NCBI GenBank assembly: GCA_943704425.1
Contig: CALSCP010002121.1
Span: 106,624-170,623 of the forward strand
DNA length: 64,000 nt
Direction: 5' to 3'
DNA from: Ministeria vibrans ATCC 50519
Lineage: Eukaryota; Protista; Filasterea
Shown piece after piece: positions 1-16,114 of this stretch. The notes under the pieces are model-generated. The model made no database searches. It saw only the letters and a list, made by a program, of their open reading frames with translations, and had not been told where the DNA came from. Both the position numbers and the translations under genes were made by a program. The stretch's first letter is position 1; every line of letters begins with the position of its first letter.

Positions 1-38
1 CTGCGCCAACCGCGACTGTCCACAGACCTCTAGTGGAA

Positions 39-42
39 AGAG

Positions 43-104
<62 letters not shown>
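39..104. repeat. (GA)n microsatellite
   Basis: Visible directly in the sequence. Confidence 0.98.
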
Positions 105-110
<6 letters not shown>

Positions 111-242
111 AGACCGCTGTACCATTGAATGTTCGACTAGCAGAAGTAAATATTAAAGAGAATCAATCGCTTACAATAATCATGGTTAGTATGGAGTACA
201 ATCATTGAATTGGTCGAATACAATAATTCACTTGTCTGTTCA

Positions 243-1141
243 ATGATCCGCACAAGTATCGTCGCCGGCAACATCCTGCGAATCGGACTCAACAACGGCC
301 CCGTGAATGCCATGTCGCCGGGCCTGCTGCAGGGGATCGCCAAGGCGTGCCAGAGCGCCGAGTTGGATGAGACAGTGCGCGGAGTGCTCATTGCGTCGGA
401 CTGTCGAGCCTTCAGCGCCGGCCTCGACCTCAAGGTTTGCTCCGTTGCAGAGAGTGCCGAGTCTTGTTTGCGTGCACCTAACACTCTGGGGTTCGCAGCA
501 CGTCAGGGACTTGGTGACCGACTCAGACGCAACCAAGGTTGAAAAGTTCATCTTCGACGACTTGGAGAATGCGCTTCTGGCGCCCATCCGACTGTCAAAG
601 CCCGTTGCTACAGCAGTGGACGGACACGCTATTGCCGGAGGGTTCATCCTGGCGCTCGCGGCAGACTTTGTGTCCCTTGGCGAGAACCCCAAGGCACTTG
701 CAGGGCTCAGCGAGCTGCTTGTGGGCGTGCCCTTCCCGCCGCTCCCTCTCCTCGTCTGCGAGCGACAACTCCCTGCCTCGTCGTTGCGCCACTTTGTATA
801 CTCGGGCGCCACCATGTCTCTTTCCAAATGCTACCAGACTGGTGGCTTTGGCGACGCTGTCTCAGGCGCTCCTGAAGCGCGTGCTACCGCCTGGCTGTCG
901 CTCGTTGCATCGAGACCACCGCAAGCTTTTGCCCTTGCAAAGGTTCATTTCCGCTCCTGCGCACATGTACCACAATGATCCCATTCCCCTCCCTCCTTTT
1001 TCTCTGTAGGCGTCCTTTTGGGAACAGCTGCGCTCACACTCTCCCACCCAGTCCCAACGACAAAATTTTCTCACGGCGATTCGCTCACAGGAATGCATCG
1101 ACGCCATCTCAGGCGCACTTTCGAAGAAAAAGACCAAGTAA
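243..1141 (+). CDS. Enoyl-CoA hydratase/isomerase (crotonase) family protein, 3 exons
   Basis: Motifs NGPVNAM, FSAGLDL and AVDGHAIAGGFILALAADF. In-phase GT-AG introns at 435-498 and 943-1009; TAA at 1139-1141. Confidence 0.9.
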
Positions 1142-1185
1142 ACTCCTCCACCAATACCGTTGCTCTCTGTACTTCCCAAACTCAC

Positions 1186-4330
<3,145 letters not shown>

Positions 4331-4675
4331 GAATGCAGAGTTAAAAATAATAAGATTCTATTAGAACAAATTAAAATGGGATGAGATCTTGAGAATCGAT
4401 TTTTTCGTATGAAATGTGTGTTGGAGTATATACGCTCGATCTTAAATATCTTTGGGGGGTTAGTCTATACTCTATGATCGTCGATAGTCGATAGAAGTAT
4501 TGATAATTGTGTTTCTTTCTTTGTAGTTTACACTTCTCTGCTTCGGTCTTATGAGAATAGGAATAAATGAAGCTTAATAAAATTAAATCAAATTATTACT
4601 ATTATTACTATTATTTTTAATATCATGCCTTAGGATGAAAAAGGAGATGTATAACGTTTATTTATTTTCAATGGG

Positions 4676-4863
4676 TCACTTGACAAGATGAGCTAAACAA
4701 AAAAAGATGCACCAGTCAGACACAACGCAAAATGTGAGGCTGTATCTTACATTTACGAGGCATTGCAAGAGACTGCTCGTCGGCAATGGTGACATCATGG
4801 ATGCGCTCACGGAACTTGTACCGCACGCGCAACTGCAACAACATGACAAAATGGAGTGAACAC

Positions 4864-4952
<89 letters not shown>

Positions 4953-7559
4953 CAAAGTGATAGAGAAAGAAACAAAGTGATAGAGAGAGAGAGAACAAAG
5001 TGATAGAGAAAGAAAGAAAACGAAAGAGAGAACAAAGTGATAGAGGGAGAAAGATAGAACAAAGTGATAAAGAGATATAAAAAAGAGATACAAAGTGATA
5101 GAGAGAGAATAGTGAACAAAGCGCACATCTTACTTGTTTGTCGCGACTGGGCATTGGGTCGTAGAAGCCGACCAATTGAGACTTGGGACCGGCGGGGAGC
5201 TGCAATACGCTGTCGCGCACCAGCATTTGGAGGGGAACGGTAACGTCAACGACCTCGGGCGTAGGTGTATGCTGGGCGCCCGCGCCGTCGGTGTCGTCGT
5301 CCTCGTTGACGAGCAGCACACCATACCACGCAGCAAGGACAACTAACCCACTGCGTTCCTCCTCGACCTCTATCCGCCGCGCCACTGCTTCCGCCATCAG
5401 CCCCACTGCAGACTCTGCCTCCGCCTTGGCCAGGGCAATCTGCTCTCGCTCGGCCTTGGCGGCGGCCTCTCTGCGCTCCCGCTCCTGTCTGCGCCGGTTA
5501 GGGATCATAATCCACCGGTGCGCCAGGTACGCGAGCAGCGCAGGAATCGCCGAGCCCAGAAGCACACTAGGCACCGTGGGCTCGTCGGGCATCAGCCGGA
5601 TCGGCAGCATATACACTTGTCCCATGCGCGCCACACGGATCTTCAGTGTCACGCCCGTCGGCACTCCCAGCGCAAGCGACAGTCCCACGCGTGTTCCTTC
5701 GCTCACCTAACCATATTCGACACAAATTATACAATATTATTATAATTATAATTATTCTGTTATTATATATATATAATAATAATAATAATTATTATAATTA
5801 TATAATTATAATAATTAATATCATATAATATATAATAATAATTATAATTATATATATCTGTGTGGTGTACCAGTCTATCTGCTCCGTATTCCACCGCCCA
5901 GCCACTCAGCGTCAGTTTCCCACTCAGCCGCGCATTCATCACAGTGCTCACTGGCACTGCAATCGTACTCGACACTGAAAAAGGTTTGCGTGGCGCAATG
6001 TCAAACGCGCCCGTGAGCTGCACTCCATTCTCAAACGCACGCACAGTCGACACAGTCATTCCAGAATTGCCGCCCCACTAATGGAATAATAAAAATATAT
6101 TAATATAATAGTCAGGGAGAGGGTTAGTGCGCATGGCGTGACGGTCGCACGTACCTTCCATGACACATACGACATTGTTGACTTGGTGAGCTGGCGCCCC
6201 ACTGTCAGTGCACCCGCTGGTCGTGCGCCCATTTCATTGACATGTAGAGTCACAGATTTGGTGATAAACCTACATTGAACAATTGTGCAGGTGTTACTGC
6301 CAAACTCAAAACTCTCTCTTTATACAATCTCTCTCTCTTTTTACGTGTGCTTGTTAAACTGATGGTACATCTTTCCCGTAATCTGCGTCGTCGATCCAAT
6401 CGTCACTTCAGCCTATCACCAAAACATGATTTTATCAGAGCTACTCTCGGTCTTTCATCAGAGCTATTCTCTGTCTCGCTCCATCTCTCTGCCTTGCTCG
6501 ATCGCCTCTCTCTACACTTACTGCAACATTGGACGCATTTCCAATCTGACGTTTGACGGCTGCGGTCAATGTGCCCCCGCCACTTCCATCTTGCGAGACC
6601 AACAGCCCACTCAGTGTCAGTGTGTCGTGTTCACTCAATTCCGTCTAAATAGAGTGTGTTCAATAACAAAAAGAGAGTGCTCGGTCATGTTGTTCATGTT
6701 ATTTTGATTACCTCCACACTCTGTTGGAAACTCATCCGTTCCACTCGCATCTCCTGAGCCTGTGGAATGGACGCTGCAAAGGCGTTCGTCGCGTCCACTT
6801 GAAACACAACCATTCCCTAGAAAAGTTGATAAAGACACACGCAGCGTTTGATGGCTCGATTTCCTCACTCCTCCGCCTTACCCTCGCTTGCGAAATACGC
6901 TGCATCCGTTGCATCTTTCGCTTGTACGCAAGCTTCTCAAACTCCCTGACAATGTCGTCGGCTGTCGTCAGGTGCGGCCCCAGCTCACAGCCAGCGTCGA
7001 GACCGCGCTGGCCATACAGGTCGTAGATGGTGCGCTGCTGCGAGTCGCTCAGCACCTCAAAGGCACGCTGCACGCGCGAAAACTGCGCCTGAGCTGCCGC
7101 CTTCTTCTCAGGATTGCCTTGGTGCTTGTCTGGATGGAATTGGACACAGAGACGTCGATAGGACGCCTTGATCTCTTCGTCGGTCGCCTGTGGAACGCAA
7201 CAGCACAGTCAGCTCACAACACCCCCCGTCGATCAACGCACACACGCCCCACTGCAGCAACACTCGTCTCCCGGCCGGGTGCGCGACGCATGTAGAAGGC
7301 GGATGGCCGGGCGAAGCGCAAAAAACGTGACAAAAAGTGTTTCAAAAAACGCCATTGCGCGAAATGTCTCCGCTGAGCCACCCTCCTGCGTCGATGCCAC
7401 CCGGCAGAGCAGCACACAGCATACACACACCCACACACTCACCTCCTTGTCGACTGCGAGCACCATGTAGTAGTTGACGTCCGTGCTGGGCTCGCCCTCG
7501 TCCTCGCCGTCAAAGGCCCCTTCGTCAAAGGGCCCGTCGTCGCCAAAGTCGTCGTCCAT
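4676..7559 (-). CDS. DNAJC11: DnaJ homolog subfamily C member 11-like, multi-exon
   Basis: N-terminal J domain (NYYMVLAV...FHPDKH...RAFEVLSD...YDLYGQRG). C-terminal segments RMGQVYMLPIRL, VVDVTVPLQMLV, GFYDPMP and LRVRYKF...HDVT are typical of DNAJC11. Confidence 0.9.
4867..5108. repeat. (GA)n tract followed by a degenerate ACAAAGTGATAGAGA minisatellite
   Basis: Visible directly; lies in a DNAJC11 intron. Confidence 0.9.
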
Positions 7560-7682
7560 GCTATGAGAACACTGAACTATGTAATAATAATTATAAAATT
7601 AAAAAGCCAGATCACTCGATAGGTTTTGGGCTTTAACTTTTATACACATTTTTACGATCCAATTACAACACGATTTTTTATT

Positions 7683-10452
7683 CTATACATAACTATCACC
7701 ATTACCACTGCCATTGTCAGGAGGCGCCAGTGTCACGCGAGGTTCACCCGAAATTTGCGCATTGTCAGTCGTGTCCGCTGAGCCATGGAACACGCCTGAG
7801 GCAGAGAAGACATCGTCGTACGCAGGCAACCCATCAGGATCGTCTTCACCGACGTCGCCCATGGGTAAGGCAGCTGGGGTAGACGATGTGGGAGGCGCAG
7901 GCGACAAAATTACGGTCGCAACGGGTGTAGCCGTGGCTGAGGCTGACGCGGCTGCGGAAGAAGGTGAAGACAAGGCTCCAGGAAGCAAAACAGGGGCAAA
8001 GTGAGGAGAGAAGACGGGATTGACAAAGCCAGCGCCATCGGGACACGCCTGCTCGTAGGTGGGTGGGCCATCGGAGGCATGTGGCGGGGCCAGTAAACCC
8101 CCACCGACGGGCGTGAGGTGCTCGTTGTTGCCGTCAGCGCCGACGAGACGAAGTCCGTCGCGCTGCTGCCGAAGACGGTAGCGTGCCGAGCGGCGTTGCA
8201 TGTAGCCACCAACAGCAGCAATGACAAAGAGGAGCCCGCCAACGCAGAACATGCTGATAAAGACAATGAGGCCAATGGAAAGGGAGAAGGGCGAGGTGCG
8301 TCGCGACGGGTTGTTCGCGCCACCGCCGTCAAGGCTACCCTGCGCCTGGGCACAGGTGTCCCCCGTGAACGAACTGGTGCAGGCGCACTGAAAGTCAGCG
8401 ACAGTTGCGGAGGACATGTCGGGCGACGAGTACTGCAGATCGATGACGACAACGGGCGACAGACACACGCCATTGTCGACCTGCGTCGAGAAGGACACGC
8501 TGATGTCGACCGAGCCGTGCGTGTACCACTGCAGCAGAATGGACTGCGTGACAGGGATGATGTCGACGCGCGTGGCACAGTCGGAACCACCTGCGGCAAA
8601 CAGCGTCGACGAAATGCCCAGCGCAGAGACAACAAGCCACTCGGTGGAGGCGCCCAAATCAGCGTTGGATGTGACGCGCAGAACGCCGCCATCGGTGGAC
8701 GGGTTGAGGAGGCCGTCAAACGAGAAGTGGAGTTGGTTGTTCGAATAGGCGTTGGAGCGTGTGATGGAGCGCGCGTAAGGCTCACCAGCAAGGCACGTGC
8801 CAGAGTGAGCACATGGCGTCGACATACATGGGTCCTCCTGATTGCAGGTGGGTCCCACGTTGCCGGCGGAACACACACAGGCAAAGCTGTTCGCGTAGTC
8901 AACGCACGTGCCGCCGCGCTGGCACGGTTGCGACGCACACTCATCAATGTTTGAGTCGCAAAAGATGCCGGTGAAGCCCGCGGCACACACACACGCGACA
9001 AAGTGACGCTGTGTCGTGCCGTCCTCGATGCAAGTGGCACCATGTTGACAGGGAAGCGATGCACACTCGCCGGCAAAAGTCTCGCAGTTCTCGCCAACGT
9101 ACGTAAGCGGACAGCTGCACTGGTACTCGGCAAACGACTGTGTCATGTTCAGCGAGGCCGTGAGGGTGGGTGCTGCACACACGCCCGCATCGACAATGGA
9201 GGAAAAGGTGAAGAGTAGCTCAAAGGGCGCACCCTTGACACCTGCTTGCATGGCCAGCACACTGGCCGCCGGAATTAGCAGTGTCTCTTCGCGTTGCGCG
9301 CAGTCACTGGCACTGCTAGCAAACAGCTGCGCACTGAAAATCCCCCCAAAGGTGGCAGCGTCGCGCACATCGACAAACTCGGTAGGTGCGCCCAAATCTG
9401 CTATGGTGCTCACAACAAGTTTGGCGGGGGGTTCGGTGCTCGGAACCGGATTAACAATGAAGCCGCTGAAGATGGCGCGCAAGGTTGACGGGTAGTAGAC
9501 ATTCGAGGAGAAGGTGACGGACTCGAAAAAGTTGCGACGTTCAAGAAAGCACGAGGCGCCATTGCTACAGGGCGACGACGAGCAGCCGTCAAAAGTTTCG
9601 CAAAGCGCACCATACGTGTCGGGAGGACATTCACAGGCAAATGAGGCAACGCCCGTCGAGTTGTTGCAGGTACCGCCGTTGATGCAAGGCGACGACGCAC
9701 ACTCGTCGATGTCTTCAAGGCAGTGGTCGCCCCGGTAGCCCGCCGAACAGTCGCACGTGTATCCGCTCACATGATCGTGGCAGGTGGCGCCATTGAAACA
9801 CGGAGAAGAGAGGCACTAAAGTAAAAAGGAGTATAAGTCGAAAAATAAATGAAGTGTCTCAATCAGTTTGTGCATATGTACTTCGTCCAGGTCGGTTTCA
9901 CAGAGGGGCCCAGTGGTACCGGGGATACAGGTGCAGTTGGTGAAGGCGCGGGTGACGGGGTCTTCGGTGCAGTTTCCATCGTAGAAGCACTCAATAGCGG
10001 CACACTCGCCCAGGTACGTCTCGCACGCCAGTCCCGAGTACGTTGGTGGACACTGGCATGAGTGGCCCTCAGGATCCAGGTTGTACGCAAACTCGCTAAG
10101 ATGTATGTATATATAATTATACATAATTATTATATATATATGTGAGTGTAAAGAACAAAGGACAATGGTACGGGGATCAGGTTTGACAGTCGGTGACATT
10201 TAAAGAGACGGCATGGGTGTACCATGAGAGAAAAGGAGCGGCGCAGACAAAGTCATTGACGTTGTTGGTGAAGGAGATTTCAAGAGTGAGAACACCTGTG
10301 CCATCGGTGCGATAGAGCGATTGAAGTTGGGCAATAGAGAGAGAAATGGAGGCAGAGAGGGTGTTGCAGTCGAATGTAGTCGACGAGAAGAGCACTTGGG
10401 TGATACCCAGTGCCGGTATTTCCACAAGCATATACTGTAAATCAATAATAAC

Positions 10453-10513
<61 letters not shown>

Positions 10514-12596
10514 GAGAGAGAGAGAGAGCGAAACAAAATGACGGAGAGAGAGAGAGAGAAAGAGAAAGAAGAGAAAGAAAGTGACAGAGAGAAAAATTGA
10601 TAGTGAGAGAGAAAGAGAGAGAAAATAAAAAGAATCGGAATCAGTAAAACTATCAGACGCACACATACATATACACACGGTGTATACCTCGGTGGAAAGG
10701 CCAAAATCCGCTACTGTGGAGAAAGAGAGCAGACCACCAGTGACGGGAAAGGCTCCAATGGGGTAGGAGAAGGTAGGCGTCTGAGGAGCGAATACGAGGG
10801 TGGTCGTGATGGTCTGGCTGGTGACGGCCAAAGCGGTGCACGAACCGCCGTTGCTGCAGGGTGACGAAACGCAGTAGTCGATGTCATGGCAGGTAAGCCC
10901 TGTGAAACCTGTGGGACAAAGACAGGTAAACCGGTTGCGCGACGACACACATGTGCTGTTGTTGCTGCACGGCGATGATGCGCACTACAAGGAAAATGAG
11001 TTTCACGCGCAGGTTAAGGGATGTAGACGAGTGCAACGGCGCCGTACCATATCGATCATAGACTCGCAGTGGTCGCCTGTGATACCCGCAAGACAGACGC
11101 ATGAGAATGTGTCTAGATTAGACGAGTGCATGCATGTGCCGTTGTTCAGACACGGAAATGAGTCACACTGAAAGAAATGCACAAAAAAGAGAGCACAAAC
11201 AAAGTATTAGTATTAGTATATAAAAGGGATCGACTTTTTGTTGAATACTTCGTTGATGTCTGTTTCGCAGAAGAGGCCGGTCGAGCCGGGAGGGCAGACA
11301 CAAAAGGCGTCGGTGCCGTTGGCGTGTGTCTCGTTGCAGGTGCCGCCGCGCAAACAGGGCGCGGACGCACAGTCGCCAAGGAACGTCTCGCACAGGGCTC
11401 CCGAGTAGAAGATGGAGCAGGAACAAAAGATGGGGGGCACAGGGGAAGTTGAGCCGGCAATGGTGAGCGTGATAGTGAGGTAGGGGTTGGTGCAGAACGA
11501 GTTGACGGCGACAGCGAAAGAGGCGCGCAGGGCCACCACGGCCGACGACGAGCGAATGCGTCGGATATCATCGGTGGTCAGCGTTAAAGTGGATGTCTGT
11601 TGTGAGCAATCGTTGCCGGAATTGACAAAGAAACGTTGCGAGAAAGTCGGGTCGGCGATGGACACGACATCAATGTATTCAGTGTCCGCCGACAGGTCGG
11701 TGTTTGTCACGAGTGTGAGTGTGCCGCCCTGGGATGGAGGAGGCACGTTCAAAAAGGAATATTCTAAAATGCTCGGGTAGTGAGCTGGTTGTTCCCTAAG
11801 ATTGCAAGACGAATATTAATAACAATACTGACGATGTTGTTTATAGCAAAACATACGTGAGATCCGATGAATAAAATGTCGAAGCGCGACATTCGTTGCC
11901 ATTTTGGCAGGGCGACGACAAACAGTCGATTACGGTGGCGCAGTGGGCGCCGGTGAAGCCTGCGGGGCAGGTGCAGAAGGAGGAGTTGGACGAGAAGTCG
12001 CAAGAGCCGAGTCCACCGCAATAGAGAGTGCTGCAGTCGTCGGTAATGGTCTCGCAGAGAGGCCCGGTTGTTCCTGGGAGACAGTTGCACTGGGCGGGAC
12101 TCACGAGAGACTCGTTGTAGGCGAGTGTCATCTGGATGGGGGCGCACAGCAGGCCCGTCATATTCCGTGGGAAAGTCACGTCGAGCGAGACGGAACCGTC
12201 CAGAATCCACTGTGCGAGAGTAGCCTCAGCAACGTCGATGGCCACCACAGTCAAGGAGCAGTTGTCGCTGTCGATGGCAAGGAGGGCGTTGCGGTGCAGC
12301 AGCGGCGCCGTCACATTGACGTGGTACGACTCGTTCCCACGCAAAGCGTCCAAAATAGAGAGGGTCAGTTTCGCAACGGTGCCCTCGACGTTTGAGTAGG
12401 AGGTGTTGGCTGGCGTGGGCAGGGCGACTGTGACGCCGAACGTGAAGCCGTCGTTGTCCGACAAAGATTCGCCCAGTGAAACGTCTCTCTCCTCCGTCAC
12501 CCCACACGACGCTCCGTTGAGGCACGCAGCGGCACCGCAGCCTGCATAGCCGCCTGTAGCATACATTAGTATGCTTGCCACGGTGAGCAGCAGCAT
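7683..12596 (-). CDS. Type I membrane protein (~1420 aa): signal peptide, 14 Notch-type EGF modules (5 split by an inserted domain), transmembrane helix, PY/PDZ-motif tail
   Basis: Exons 12596-11857, 11795-11249, 11167-11048, 10984-10688, 10434-10223, 10095-9882 and 9815-7683 join in frame (4263 nt). Calcium-binding EGF starts such as DIDEC and NIDEC. Hydrophobic TM at ~8200-8285. Confidence 0.85.
10444..10512. repeat. Intronic (TAA)n microsatellite
   Basis: Visible directly. Confidence 0.97.
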
Positions 12597-12761
12597 AAAT
12601 GAAAAAGGAAATGTGGGACGAGAGACCGATTGGGAGATAAGAGAAAGAATGATTGAGTTTCGATCTGACATAGTCATCTTCATACTTCATCTGTCTGTTG
12701 TCTCTTGTGACACTGTGACTTGTGACTTGTCTCTTGCTGTCATTTTTTTTTTTTTACATCA

Positions 12762-13013
12762 ATGATGGACGATCGATACAGCGAGGCGGACGAGGATGAG
12801 GTGATTCACGAGGCGGAGTTGCCGCTGCCGTCGAGCCAACGGGTCGTGTTCTCGTTTGGCTTTGGCAATCGAATGGCCATTGCTAATAGTACAGGCGGCG
12901 CGTCCACACTGGCTCTTGTGGAATGGGACGACGAAGGGTTCCACTCCACCGAGGTAGGAAGCAACCACGCTGATCCGCATCGAGACAAAATGTCTGTCTC
13001 AAAAATTTATAAC

Positions 13014-13046
<33 letters not shown>

Positions 13047-15252
13047 ACTTGTTTCAAAAAAAAAAAAAACTCTCTCTCTCTCTCACACACACAGCCTCGT
13101 AAGCTGGCGGCCGAGAGTCATGGGGCGTTTATGTCGAAACGGCAGGAAGAGAGGGGAGAGGATAGCGAAGAGACGGGCGGTCGACAGGACCATGGGGCGG
13201 CGGGGGGGACGACGAGCGACGAGGCGTTGGTGAACGAGTCGCGGATGTTTCGTGCCATTTTGCGGGCGTGTGTGGAGCGCATCAACGACGCCCTGCTTGT
13301 CCGACGCAGCCAAAAGCAACACGCTCATGCGTATGGTGAAGACGAGGACGATGAGGCGGCTGCAGCGGCCGCCGACGACGAAGACAGCGAACAGCACATG
13401 CAATTGTATCGGCTGATGGAGCTCGTCTGGCATCTCTGCGAAGTGCTCTTTGTCGATCGTATGCCGGGTGCCACCATCATGGTACAGTTGCTTGAATGGC
13501 TTCAGTGGCATTTTGGAGATGAGCCTCGCGTTGGCCAGATTCTAGCGGCGCGCTTGGCGCACCCCGAGCAGCACGAATCGTACTGGTCGTGCGTTCGACG
13601 ACTCGCTGTGCTGGGCCGCGTCAATGATTGTGCCGAACTGCTTCGGCTGCACAGCGACTACGGGCACTCGCAGGCGCTGCATACGATGGACGAGCTGTTG
13701 CGTCGGATGCCAATGCTGCACGCAGGGCGATCGGCGGCCGAATTTCTGATTGTGTGGTCGCGGTGGCACGACGAGTGTGTGCGCAGCTGCAACACGACGT
13801 TTGCGGCGGGACACAGTACCTTTGGAGGGGATCTTACAGAGGAGTTGCATGTGTTGTGCACCTTGCTGTCGGGCGACGAAGAGCGTTTAGGCGAGCACAC
13901 ACACAAGTGGTACGAGCTGCTCGTGGCCAAGATGCTGTACACGCAGCCGACAGTCAAGTCGTTTGATCTACGCAACTATGTTGACGAGTGTTTGACTGTG
14001 TTTTCCGCTGATGCGCGCACGGGTCTGGACAACATTCTCATTCATTGTATGGAGTTTGACATTCACAAGGTAAGAAGTGCGTTGCATTGTGCCTGAAAAT
14101 TCGGACTGAACGAGTCTTGTAGGTTCTTCGCGAGTGCTCGATTTACATGGGAAGTCGGTGGTTTGTGACGCATCTGACGGATCTGCTTATGCGCAGTGGT
14201 CAGCTGGAGGCACTTCCACTCAAGGCGGGCGGAGACTTGCGTGAGCACTTTATGCTCGACTATGCGAGCAGTCTCGCAATGGCCCCCGGTCTGTGGCCTG
14301 TAAGCAAGTTGTTTTTTTTTTGTGCCTGTGTGTGTGATTTTTGATCTTGTGTATGAATTTGTGTCTGTTTTCGATTTGTTTGTTTGACTTTATACTTTTT
14401 TTTGCGTAGTTGGCGTGTGATTATTTTGCACAGTGCAGTGAGTTTGGCGGAGCGCATCTTGAGGCTGTTTTGGAGCGCATTTCGCCGCTAGGGAATGAGC
14501 GACGGGCGCGCAAGCTCGCACGTCTTGCAGATGCGCACAACCTGCCAGAGACGGCAGCGACGATTGCGCGTGTGGTGGGAGTCCATGCGATGCGACATGG
14601 GCGTCCCGGAACAGCCCTGGGCTGGTTTACGCGTGCACGCGATGTGGTGCGGCTCGAGGCCGTTGCCGATGTGCTTCTGCAGTGCTACGCACAGAGTGGT
14701 GCTTTTACCGGAATGGTTCGTTTCTTGTCATTTCGTTCAATTCAATTTGACTTGCCAATTGTGTGCGTGTTTTTGTCTCTCTTTCTCTCTCACTCTATTT
14801 GACACGACCTCTTTTCTTTTTTCCAGGACGTGATTGATTCCCTTGGGTCAGAGAAGGTGCTGTCGGAGCGACTGTTGTTTTTGGACAAGTACCGCGAGAT
14901 GCACCGATTGTATCAGTCGCGTAGCTTTGTCGACTGTGCTCGTCTGCTTGTGCAGCTCATTGCCAGCAACATTGCGCCTCCCGAGTATGCAATACAACGT
15001 GTGGGGTGACACTCTGTGATGCTATTGTGTGTTGTGTGTAGGTTTCGAGGGACTCTTCTGGTCGACGCTGTGCCCTTGCTGGAGACAGCAGAGTCACCCT
15101 TTACAGCCGAGCAGACGTACGAGCTGATGCGCTGCTGCGAGAATTTGTCACTGGCCTCGTCACAGCCGCAGTCGACTGCGATCACGGCCGATCAGCTGCA
15201 AGTGGTGCGTCTTGCGTTGGCTCGTGCTCTCGCGCGGGCCATTGTAATGTAA
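12762..15252 (+). CDS. NUP85: Nuclear pore complex protein Nup85
   Basis: Motifs LVNESRMF, ELVWHLCEVLF, LLEWLQWHF, WYELLVAKMLYTQP, WFVTHLTDLL, REHFMLDYA, LLVDAVPLL and VRLALARALARAI; multi-exon. Confidence 0.9.
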
Positions 15253-15319
15253 TTAAGTTTTTTTTTTGTTATTGAGATTTGGTTAAATCGCAAGTTCATA
15301 TTTATTTTTTATATCCACG

Positions 15320-15871
15320 ATGAACCCTGCGACATTTGATTATACGCGCGCGTATTGCGAAGAGAACGTCTACAGATTGTGTGAGCGTATCGGAGAGCAA
15401 CAAAGCAAAGTGGATGTGGTGTTCATTTCAAATGCGACTGCGAGCGTCGCGATTTGGCAGCAGGCGCAGGCGACAGCGCCGCATCTGCCGATCGTATGGG
15501 ACTATCATGTCATTTGCATTGCCGATGGGTGTGTTTACGACTTGGACTCATCGTTGCCCTTTGGCTGTGGCGTTGACGAATACCTTGCCAAGAGCTTTCC
15601 CTTTCGCGAGTCGGTTGCACGCGAATTCCACCCAATGTTCCGCGTCATTCCCGCCGCCGAGTACCTCCAAGACTTTGGATCTGACCGATCGCATATGCAG
15701 CGGCTCGACGGCTCGTGGCTGGCGCCCCCTCCGGAATGGCCCTGCATTGGCGATGGACGACACAACCTCGACTCGTACCGGACCATGCCGGACGCCACTG
15801 CGGGCCCCGGAACACTATATGCACACTACACGGCAGTGGACGACTTGAGACGGGCTGTCACGACGTCGTAG
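15320..15871 (+). CDS. NTAQ1: Protein N-terminal glutamine amidohydrolase
   Basis: Single ORF with YCEENVY, VVFISN, WDYHVI, YDLDSSLPF and SDRSHM. Confidence 0.95.
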   Translation: MNPATFDYTRAYCEENVYRLCERIGEQQSKVDVVFISNATASVAIWQQAQATAPHLPIVWDYHVICIADGCVYDLDSSLPFGCGVDEYLAKSFPFRESVAREFHPMFRVIPAAEYLQDFGSDRSHMQRLDGSWLAPPPEWPCIGDGRHNLDSYRTMPDATAGPGTLYAHYTAVDDLRRAVTTS

Positions 15872-16114
15872 ATTCAGTCATTACGGTGCACAGCAGTTCT
15901 GCAGCTTCAGTCACTGNNNAGCCTTCAGTCATTACGGTGCACAGCAGTTCTGCAGCTTCAGTCACTGCCCCAATTACTTCAGGTCATTAGGTTCTACAGT
16001 CACTACTTGCAATTGCTTCAGGTTATTGCGGTGGAGTTGCTCCTTACCTGTTGCCTTGGCTATACTTGGGCTGTGGATCATAAAAGTATATATAAAAAAA
16101 TTCTTGATAATATA

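Noticed and set aside
7910-9133. Long alternative-frame and antisense ORFs overlapping real genes (also 49262-50428 and 23028-23813)
   Set aside because: These are expected in GC-rich coding DNA and show no motifs of their own.
7683-12596. Calling the EGF protein Notch, Delta or Crumbs
   Set aside because: It has no LNR, ankyrin, DSL or recognisable laminin-G domains.
15873-15967. 44-bp direct duplication
   Set aside because: The two copies flank an NNN gap, so this is most likely an assembly overlap or a collapsed repeat.
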